Shown in pieces: positions 55,223 through 64,000 of a stretch of 64,000 nucleotides of DNA. Both the position numbers and the translations under genes were made by a program. The stretch comes from Histomonas meleagridis 2922-C6/04-290x (lineage: Eukaryota; Protista; Parabasalia). The first letter of the stretch is position 1; each line of letters opens with the position of its first letter. The stretch is from positions 62,001-126,000 of the forward strand of contig JAANOX010000149.1 in NCBI GenBank assembly GCA_020184695.1. Reading direction: 5' to 3'. Below the pieces are notes generated by a model. It was given only the letters and a program-made list of their open reading frames with translations, had not been told where the DNA came from and made no database searches.

Positions 55223-57738
55223 TTATTCAATATAACACTGTCCTTCTGCTGATTTGAAGGATTGAAGTAACTGAAGTATTTCAGTATGGCCTTTTTTAGA
55301 AGCTTTCATAAGTGCTGTTTCAAATAATTTAAATAATTTCCATATATTATTTTAAAGTATTAAAATATTAAAATAAAAATTAAACAAAACAAATAAATAT
55401 CTTTGGTATTAATATTAATTTTTTCTTGTACAAGAAGCCATTTAACTATTTTTGTATAACCTTTTTCAGCTGTAAACATAAGCGCTGTTTTAAATATTGT
55501 TAATATTTACCAAATGTCATTTTGAAATATCAAATTATTAAAATAAAAACTAAATAAAACAAATAAATATCTTTAGCATTGATATCAATTCCTTTTTGTT
55601 CAAGAAGTAATTTAACTGTTTCTGTATTACCATATTGAGATACAGTAATAAATGCAGTTCTAAATAATTTGAATAATCTCCAATTATTATTTTGAAATAG
55701 CAAATTATTAAAACAAAAACTATCTTTAGCATTAATATCAATATCCTTTTTCTGCAAAAGTAATTTAACTATTTCTCTATCACATTTTCCAGTTGCCATC
55801 ATGAGTGCTGTATCAAATAATTTAAATGATTTCCAAGTGTTATTTTGAAATCCAATATTATAAAAACAAAATCTAAATAAAATAAATTAATATCTTTGGC
55901 ATTGATATCAATTCTTTTTTGTTCTAGAAGTAATTTAACGATTTCTATATAACCTTTTTCAAATGCAAGCATAAGCGCTGTTTTAAATATTTTAAATAAA
56001 TTCCAAATATTATTTTGAATTAGCAAATTATTTAAATAAATTTTCAATAAAGCAAATAAATATTTTTTTCATTAACATCAATTCCTTCATGTTCAAGAAG
56101 TAATTTTACTATTTCTGTTTCACCAAATTCAGATGCATTGATAAGTGCTGTTATAAATAATTTAAATAATTTCCATATATTTTGTTGAAATAAAAAATTA
56201 CCAACACAAATCACAAATAAAATAAAGAAATATTAAATAACACTAATAAATATCTTTAATATTAATATCAATTCCTTTTTGTTTAAGAAGTATTTGAACA
56301 ATTTTTATATTTTTAAATTGAACTGCCCATAGAAGTGCTGTATCAATTAAATCGAATAAATTCCATATATTATTTTGAAATAAAAAATTAATAAAATAAA
56401 TTTTAAATTCAATAAATAAATATCTTTAGCATTAATATCAATCCCTTTCTGTTCAAGTAGTAAGTTAACTTACAAGTTTTATATTATTTCCTGTAGATAC
56501 TTTTATAAGTGCTGTATCAATTAATTCGAATAAATTCCAAATATTCTTTTAAAGTTTTAAAATCTAAAAATAAATTTCAAATAAAATAAATAAATATCTT
56601 TAGCATTAACATCAATTCTTTCTTGTTTAATAAGTAATTTAACTATTTCTTTATTTCCATTCGTTATAAAATTTGGTAAAAAATAATTTGGAATTTGATG
56701 AGTTTCTTCGAAGATTTTCAGAATAAACGCATTTCCTTTTTGTATAGACATTTCTACCAAATGCTCATCAATTTCCAGCCCTTTTTCTTCTAAAAATGAA
56801 AATACTATATAATTATCATATTTGATACACATCATTCCTAATTTTACTAAATCCTTTATACCATAATTTTTATTATAAAGATAACGAAAAACATGATTTT
56901 GATGATATTCGATTGCTGCTTCATATGCATCTTTAAATGATGAATGATTTTGCTCACATAAATGAATAATTTCTTCATTTCCTCCTGCAACTGCATATTT
57001 ACCTGTGTTTTCTACTTTTGCTCCATTCATAAGTAAATATTTAAAACATTTAATAGAAGAAAAAAATGCTGCATAATCAATTAATGTAACATCGTTTTGA
57101 TTAATAAATGAATATCTCTCATAAAGTGATGGTGCGATTGTTTGATTATAATTAAAATTTGTTTGTGATGATATTTCTTGAAGTTTTTCTATTTCATCAT
57201 TTCGAATGATTTTCGATATTTCATTTGGATTAACTCCTTCTTTAATTAATTTCTTGTGAAGTTTCCAATCATTCTTTTTGAGTTCTTCATAATTTTGAGA
57301 AAAAGTATTCCAAAATCGATCATTGTATAAATATTTATTGTCTTTTTGGTAATGTGCAAAATAATTCGTTTTAATATATATTACAGTATTTGATTTGACT
57401 AAATTTCGTTCAACCATTTTTTCAAGAATAAAATGCGATTCTTCTGAATTTAATTCAGAGTTGTTATCAATAAATAGATCAAGTATTGATGGTGTTATTT
57501 TGTTTTTCCCATCAACTTGTAGTAAATAATCGATCATTAAAGTAACTTCTAAATGTCGTGATAAAAAAGCTGAATATAAATATCTTGCAATCATAAAATG
57601 AATTGATTTAGGGAAACAGGTAGAAGATAAAATTTGGAATGTTGATTGAACAGAATTTTCAAGGTTTTCTTGATCAATACTAAATATAATTCTTTCAATA
57701 TCTAAAAGAGCTTGGTATTTTATTTCAGCAGGTTCCAT
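55223..57738 (-). CDS. DUF3447/ankyrin protein: continuous ORF (57738-56557) followed by 8 single-ankyrin cassettes split by non-GT-AG spacers
   Basis: Cassette Thr codons at 56515, 56341, 56151, 55981, 55811, 55658, 55488 and 55318; the last forms a C-cap ending TAA 55223. Cassette 1 carries a 4-nt frameshift. Expression of the full span is inferred. Confidence 0.65.
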
Positions 57739-58364
57739 AAAAACTGATGGAGGTTTTTCTCTTTTTGAAGGAGTTTAACCATTTATTTTGAGTGTATTTG
57801 AATACTCCTCACACAAATTAATTCAATTTTCTCCATTTTTTTAAAGAACGAAGCGTTAATTCGTAGTGGAAAAAATCTTGGGGTTTTTCTATGTCAGACA
57901 GACCTAGTGAAAAAAATCATGTGGGGTGCAAATTCTTCTCCGATTTTATCTACGCAGGAGGAGCCGCCTTCCATGTGCGAAAAAAATATGTTGGTTCTGC
58001 AGAAAGGACTTTAGTCTTTTTGCAGAACCAACTAAATTGCACCTAAGGTACTCACAATCATCGGATTTTGCACCGCCCCAAAACGCTAAAGACATTGTTC
58101 GTTTGTAAAGATTACACAGAAGATCTTCTGAGAAACCAAAAATAAACAGTAGCAACGATTAGAATATATGTCTTATGTCATTTAAACTAAAAAAAATAAT
58201 AAGAAAGAGAAAACAATCATTCTGACGCAAAGATCCTCATTTGTAAATTTTTTGAGAGTGAAAAAGTGACAGTTCTTGTTTATTGAAGCTTTCAAAATGA
58301 ACCGACACACAAACCGAGGTGCCCTGAAATACCAAACAAAGCTTGTCAAATTTACATTAGAACA

Positions 58365-58694
58365 ATGTCTACAGAAAATGAAGAAATTTCATCAACTTCA
58401 TCATCGTCATCTTCTTCTAACATAGACCCTAGATTGCTTATGCTCGGAGAGTATTGTCCATTTATTGCTGATGTTCCAATCTTATCATATGCAGAACCTT
58501 TTCCAATTGACGAACCAGACCCACGATCTGAGGAGGAAATTGAAAGCCTAAGAAAGAAGCTACGAAAGCAAATAAACAACAAAAGTTTTGACCCACCAAT
58601 TCCATTATCTGATTTTTGTTTAATTGCAAAAGAACGATGGGAACAAAATGAATTAGATGCTGAAGCATCTCTTGGTTTGTGCGTTTTACTCTAG
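58365..58694 (+). CDS. Short ORF, probably the 5' exon of the downstream large gene
   Basis: ATG with upstream AAAGTGAC and GGTGCCC motifs; the downstream 946-codon frame has no ATG of its own near its start. Confidence 0.5.
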   Translation: MSTENEEISSTSSSSSSSNIDPRLLMLGEYCPFIADVPILSYAEPFPIDEPDPRSEEEIESLRKKLRKQINNKSFDPPIPLSDFCLIAKERWEQNELDAEASLGLCVLL

Positions 58695-58819
58695 TTTTAT
58701 TGCATTTGTAAAAAATTGCAATATTAATAATTTTAAAAATATATCTAGCAATAAAAGTGAGGGTCTAAAAAAACTAATTCTGATTAAGTGTTAAATCATG
58801 CGTTTTTATTTTATTTAGG

Positions 58820-61660
58820 TTGTATTTTATCTTCTTCCATTTTAGGGCACCTCAAAATCAAATACGTTTTTTTGAAGGAATGAGCCGCATCTCGATCAAC
58901 ATATTATTTGGATCAGATGCCGCAATCAAACAATTTATCACGCAATCTAAAAACTATTTACCACAAAATCATATGATATGTAATATCAAAAATGCAATTG
59001 ATTTAGCATTTAAAACCAAAATTTTCCAAATAAAATCAGTGCCCTCAGATCCAGCAACTTTTCCAGCAGATTTAATTTCCACAATTTTAAGTAATTGGAT
59101 TAATCATCAACTTCGGAAACCAACCAAAATTTCTTCAACAAAGAAACTTACATCAAAACGAGCATCTAAAGCATCACCTGTTGAATTATCCACATCACAA
59201 ATTGACATAGATAGCAATTTCCCAATATTTGTTTACATTTATGATTATCCACGTACCACATCGCAATTTAAATTACTATGTGATTCAGCTACTCCAGCAA
59301 TATGTTGTATCCAGATTGATATTTCAAACACGGACACTGAAAAACGATTGGCAACAACATCTCCTGAATGGGTTTCTTCAATTTCTAAATATATTCCATC
59401 ACTTAAATTCGCACAAATTAACGAAGAAACATATTCAACTCTTATTTCATCAGTTTCGTCAATTTATAATTCATATATTTCATATCAACATTTTTTTGCT
59501 GATTATCGTTTTATCCAAATACCGCAATATCCGATTCCATCAGTACCAATTCCACAATTAATCAGTGACAAGCCATCAGCAAAAATTAATCCGTTGTTTT
59601 CATCTACCACTGATTTATTAAGTAAAAACAATTCATTAAAATCTGCGTTTCAATCGATTTTATTAAGAGATTTTTCAAATTTTTTAAAAAATTCATTACA
59701 ATCACCAAATGTTAATTTCCAACATCATTTAGAATTATATAAATTTTATCCACTTCCATCAATTTTAGCGCAAATTATTTCATTTGTTCCTAATTTTAAA
59801 GATCCGATTTTATTTACAATTAGAGACGTTTCATATCGAACACAAATTCCTTTCCAAATGATTTTAGACACATTAATACTAAAAAATTTTAATGATTTAA
59901 TTGGTTATAATATTAATGAAAGAAGACATAAAGAATTTATCCCTTTTAATCTTGTTTCTAACTTAATGACTCCTTTAATTTATTCTTATGATCATTTCAA
60001 ATGGAAAGAATTTGCCGGAAAAATTTTAATTGCGTTTTATAATGATATTCCTGAAAATTTACCAATTTCGAATAAAATAGAAAAATTTAAACTTCCGATA
60101 TTCGAAAGTTTTGGGAAATGGTTAACAAAACAAAAAAATGATTTTCCTTTAATAAAAGAAAACAATAATAAACAAACTCAAACTGGAAAAATTAATTTAT
60201 ATAAAGAAATTGAAGATGAATTTTCATCTAATTCAATCACGAGATATTATTGTGAATGTGGTCTTAGAGTTGATACTTATCCAATTCAAATTCAAGATGG
60301 AATTATTTCTTCTCTTTCATTTGATGTTTCATTTTCTTCATTTTTGCGTTTTTCATATCACATTTCACAGTCAATTTATTTGACTAAAGAAAATGAGGAA
60401 AATATTGAAACAAAGCTTCAAGTTCGTGGTGTATTAGGAAGAGACCTTGATTTCTTTTATAACCATTCACTTGATCATGATAAATTTGTTTTATCAACAA
60501 GTAAATCACAAGTTGAATTTGATGTGAATAATAATCGAATAATAATAAATGGTGTTAAAAATGAGATAAAACGTATAATTCTTAATGATGGGACATTAAT
60601 AAAATATTGTCCTAATCCTATAATATATTCACCGAATGGTACAATTCAACAATATGTTAATAATGAATGGAATTTAATTGATCGAAATGGAAATATGTTT
60701 AATAAAAAAGAAGACAAATGGATAATAAATAAAGAAAACAAATTAAATATCGAAACATATAAAACATATTTTACATCGAGAAAAGTAATTAAACGATCCG
60801 ATGGATTCACAATAATTAAAGATAATGATGAAACAATAATTCTATTTCCTGATGGAACTAAATATAATCAAAGCACTAAAACATATTCATATGATGATAT
60901 TCCTGATGTACAAATATGTGATGATAAAATGATAATAAAAACATTCGATATAAATGTAACTATTAATAATAATCATAATTGTAAATTCGAATTAAAAAAT
61001 AATTGTGTAATTGAATTCATTGAAGAAATTGGAAATTTATTAATAACTTTCGATCAATTAAAAAGCGCATTCACAATGATCGATGTGTTGTCTGGCGATA
61101 TAGCTATTGTCGATTCGAGAAAATATGTGTATTATTTAAACGAGGATTTAAATTGGTCACTTGGAAAACATCTTTGTTCCAAAAAAGAAATTATTCAACA
61201 CTTTAAAGATGGAGATTTCGTAGAGCGTTTAGAACTAATTACAAATGTTGATAAAGAAGAACTTGAAACAATTATAAACAATGGCCACGAGCCAAGGATG
61301 TTTGTAATAGATAAAGAAAACGAATCGAATTCAATTTATGAGTTAATGTCGAATTTATCATTTAATAAAGTTATCGAAAATGCATCTGAACAAATTCCAT
61401 CGAAAGATGACTTTGATATCGTACTTTGGTTCGATACTGAGCCAAAAACTTTTAGAGAAATGCGTATAACTACAAAAATTACAAATGAACAAAAAGATAA
61501 AATTTTTGCGGAATTAGAAAACCAAAAACAAATCGAAAAAAATAGAGAGGAAACTATGAAAAGTTTAAATGATACTAAATGGAAAACAATTTTGGAACAA
61601 CAAGAACATGAAGAACATCAAATTCTTCAAATGTTATCTGAAAACGGAATTAAAATATAA
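58820..61660 (+). CDS. Large hypothetical protein; C-terminal beta-rich part weakly reminiscent of SPAG17/PF6 axonemal proteins
   Basis: 946-codon open frame starting at TTG, with repeated xDGT-type hairpins (LNDGTLIKY, YSPNGTIQQ, IKRSDGFTII, LFPDGTKY). The family call is tentative. Confidence 0.45.
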   Translation: MYFIFFHFRAPQNQIRFFEGMSRISINILFGSDAAIKQFITQSKNYLPQNHMICNIKNAIDLAFKTKIFQIKSVPSDPATFPADLISTILSNWINHQLRKPTKISSTKKLTSKRASKASPVELSTSQIDIDSNFPIFVYIYDYPRTTSQFKLLCDSATPAICCIQIDISNTDTEKRLATTSPEWVSSISKYIPSLKFAQINEETYSTLISSVSSIYNSYISYQHFFADYRFIQIPQYPIPSVPIPQLISDKPSAKINPLFSSTTDLLSKNNSLKSAFQSILLRDFSNFLKNSLQSPNVNFQHHLELYKFYPLPSILAQIISFVPNFKDPILFTIRDVSYRTQIPFQMILDTLILKNFNDLIGYNINERRHKEFIPFNLVSNLMTPLIYSYDHFKWKEFAGKILIAFYNDIPENLPISNKIEKFKLPIFESFGKWLTKQKNDFPLIKENNNKQTQTGKINLYKEIEDEFSSNSITRYYCECGLRVDTYPIQIQDGIISSLSFDVSFSSFLRFSYHISQSIYLTKENEENIETKLQVRGVLGRDLDFFYNHSLDHDKFVLSTSKSQVEFDVNNNRIIINGVKNEIKRIILNDGTLIKYCPNPIIYSPNGTIQQYVNNEWNLIDRNGNMFNKKEDKWIINKENKLNIETYKTYFTSRKVIKRSDGFTIIKDNDETIILFPDGTKYNQSTKTYSYDDIPDVQICDDKMIIKTFDINVTINNNHNCKFELKNNCVIEFIEEIGNLLITFDQLKSAFTMIDVLSGDIAIVDSRKYVYYLNEDLNWSLGKHLCSKKEIIQHFKDGDFVERLELITNVDKEELETIINNGHEPRMFVIDKENESNSIYELMSNLSFNKVIENASEQIPSKDDFDIVLWFDTEPKTFREMRITTKITNEQKDKIFAELENQKQIEKNREETMKSLNDTKWKTILEQQEHEEHQILQMLSENGIKI

Positions 61661-62143
61661 TTCAATAGTTTACTGATATAAACCACTGAAATCAATATAA
61701 ATGCATATGAACACTTTGGAGACTCACTTAAAGTAATTCCATATAACTTATGGAAGAGGACATGAAAAGAAATTAAGCTCAGAATCATTAGAAAATAATT
61801 TATTTAATTGAAGAAGTTATACCAAAGCAATTTGATGTCATTATTTTCTAATTATGAAATACATATTTATTTTTATCACAACTGTTAATAAAAAGAATGT
61901 TTTGCTAAAGCCATTTTTTGGCTTTAGTTAATTCTTTGCTATATAAATATTTTTTTTGCTTGTTCTAAAACATTAAATTTTTCTTCAAAAAATTGTGTGC
62001 GATATAATCGTTTTCATTCATTTCACTTTTTTGCCAATGAAAATGATACAAATTTTCCGGGTGCCCCTGAATCCCATCGAATAATTCAATCCGAAATTCG
62101 GTTTTAAGTTATAAATAGCCGGCCACTTAATTTATTTTCAATA

Positions 62144-63799
62144 ATGTCTGCAGTAGATGAATTGAAAGCGCAAGGAAATGCAGCATTCCAAAAGAAGGAA
62201 TACACAAAAGCGATTTCCCTGTACACTGATGCCATTGATATGGACACAGATAATTATACTCTTTATTCAAACAGAAGTGGCGCTTACTGCGCTGCCAAAA
62301 AGTATCAACAAGCAGCCGCTGATGCACGAAAAGTTATCTCTCTTAAGCCAGATTGGGTTCGTGGATATACACGTTTAGGCGCAGCTCTTCAAGGTCTTGA
62401 AGATTGGGACGGAGCTATTGAAGCGTATCAAAAGGCGTCTGAATTAGACCCCGCAAGCCAAGCAATTAAGGAAGACCTTGCATATGTCCAACAGCAAAAG
62501 AATCAAGAAAGCCAAGGCCCACAAGGCGGCTTTGGAATGGACCAACTCTTCTCCCCGCAAATGCTTGAGATGCTTCGAATGAATCCAAAGATCGCCCCAA
62601 TGTTTAATGATCCCTCATTCGTCCAAATGATCAACGACCTCAAAGCAAACCCACAGAATGCCTCAAAGTACCAAAACGACCCACGCCTCATGCAGGTCCT
62701 CCAGGCGCTCCTCGAGCCGTTCATGAAGAGCCAGCAAGCTGCGCACGATTCAGAGGAACCGCCAGAACCTCCTAAGCCTGCAGAAAAGCCAAAAGTTTAC
62801 GAGGAGCCGCCAAAGCCAACAAAAGAGCCTAAGCAAGAAGCAGAGGAAGAGAAGAACCTCGGAAACGCCGAGTTCAAGAAGGGCAATTATGAAGAGGCAT
62901 TAGCCCATTATGATGCAGCTATTAAGATTGACCCAACGAATGTCCTATATTACACGAACAAGGCTTCCGTCCTTTCCCGCCAAAAGAAATACCAAGAAGC
63001 TATTGACCTTTGTAATGAGGCTATTAAGATCGGCCGTGAAAATACAGCTCCTTACGAACACATTGCTCGTGCGTACCAAAAGATTTCAACTAACTACGTC
63101 GCTCTTGGTAATCTTGAACAAGGTATCGAGGCATTGAACTCATCATTATTAGAAAAACAAGATCCACAAGTTCGTCGTGAAAAGAAGCGTCTTGAAGATT
63201 TGTTGGCTAAGCGTAAGGCAGCCGAGTATGAAAACCCAGAACTCGCAGAAAAGGCTAAGAATGAAGGTAATGATTTCTTCCGCAAAGGCCAATTCCCAGA
63301 AGCAATTGAACGCTACAGCGAAGCTATTAAGCGCGCGCCACGTAATCCAGCATTATACTCCAACCGTGCTGCGGCATATTCCAAACTTGGTGAAATGCCA
63401 ATGGCAATTAAAGATTGTGAACGCGCCATTGAAATTGATCCAAAGTTTGCAAAGGCATACACACGTAAGGCTTATTGCCATTACGTCATGAAAGATTATA
63501 ACAAAGCACGTGATGCATATAACGAGGCACTTAAGGTTGATCCAAATAACGCAGAAGCTATCGATGGATTACAAAGTATTAACATACAAATCGCTAAGAA
63601 TAGATATACTGCACCAGATGAGGAACAAATTAGAAGATCTATGGCCGATCCAGAAATACAGAAAATATTACAGGATCCTGGCATGCAACAAATTTTGCAG
63701 GAAATACAAAGTAACCCGATGGCTGCCCAGAAGTATATGCAAGATCCTAAGGTAAGAGAAGCTTTCATGAAGTTGCAAACAGCTGGAATTCTTAGATAA
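62144..63799 (+). CDS. STI1: Hsp70/Hsp90 organising protein STI1/HOP
   Basis: TPR1-DP1-TPR2A-TPR2B-DP2 layout (ELKAQGNAAF, LYSNRSGAY, DPRLMQVL, KNEGNDFFRKG, MADPEIQKILQDP). Confidence 0.95.
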   Translation: MSAVDELKAQGNAAFQKKEYTKAISLYTDAIDMDTDNYTLYSNRSGAYCAAKKYQQAAADARKVISLKPDWVRGYTRLGAALQGLEDWDGAIEAYQKASELDPASQAIKEDLAYVQQQKNQESQGPQGGFGMDQLFSPQMLEMLRMNPKIAPMFNDPSFVQMINDLKANPQNASKYQNDPRLMQVLQALLEPFMKSQQAAHDSEEPPEPPKPAEKPKVYEEPPKPTKEPKQEAEEEKNLGNAEFKKGNYEEALAHYDAAIKIDPTNVLYYTNKASVLSRQKKYQEAIDLCNEAIKIGRENTAPYEHIARAYQKISTNYVALGNLEQGIEALNSSLLEKQDPQVRREKKRLEDLLAKRKAAEYENPELAEKAKNEGNDFFRKGQFPEAIERYSEAIKRAPRNPALYSNRAAAYSKLGEMPMAIKDCERAIEIDPKFAKAYTRKAYCHYVMKDYNKARDAYNEALKVDPNNAEAIDGLQSINIQIAKNRYTAPDEEQIRRSMADPEIQKILQDPGMQQILQEIQSNPMAAQKYMQDPKVREAFMKLQTAGILR

Positions 63800-64000
63800 A
63801 GAATTCAGTAAAGTATCGAAAAAGTACTTTTGTATTTAAAATAATCGTATTCTTTCGATTTGATGTGAGAGAACGTTTAAGTATTATAGTCTGTTTGTTG
63901 TTGTGTCTTTGAAGTTTTGATTTGATTTGTTAAAACACGTCATATGAATGCAATTACTGATTTTGTTATTTGATTCACTTTGAAATGAATCTGCCCAAAC

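Noticed and set aside
55318-56598. Ankyrin spacers as ordinary GT-AG or U12 AT-AC introns
   Set aside because: There is no conserved GT and no ACTAAC branch site; the apparent ACAG is just Thr-Ala coding and disappears in Thr-Pro cassettes; AT-AC joins break the frame.
62127-63768. Many short overlapping and antisense ORFs in the track (here and throughout the window)
   Set aside because: They are shadows of longer recognised genes, with no independent support.

Overview
AT-rich eukaryotic genomic DNA, almost certainly from a parabasalid protist (Trichomonas/Tritrichomonas/Histomonas group). The assignment rests on a canonical GTATGT...ACTAACACACAG intron, DUF3447-ankyrin and BspA-like families, an IS481EU-type transposon and Inr/M3-like promoters. 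Ordinary genes include an O-acetyltransferase, an inositol monophosphatase, an FPL/CLEC16A-like protein, a RasGEF, CK1, a DHHC palmitoyltransferase, a BEACH-like giant, a PDI-like thioredoxin and STI1. Mobile DNA comprises a tyrosine-recombinase element flanked by inverted repeats with a nested IS481EU (15-bp TSD), and a decayed pogo-like element. A ~10-kb inverted duplication carries two MSH2 copies and two WD40 paralogues. The stand-out observation is a set of ankyrin-repeat cassette arrays (31.6-33.4 kb +, 51.6-53.0 kb -, 55.2-56.6 kb -, relic at 10.4-10.7 kb +). Each single ankyrin repeat is a mostly stop-free coding block separated from the next by a stop-containing, frame-breaking spacer. 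The spacer has near-fixed length (83 nt from the Asp-position codon to the next Thr-position codon in 21 of 26 cases counted) and a conserved palindromic 3' motif, but no GT-AG or branch-point signal. This points to an undescribed non-canonical splicing, bypassing or cassette-recombination system. No rRNA, tRNA or CRISPR array was seen. All counts were made by eye; no database searches were run.
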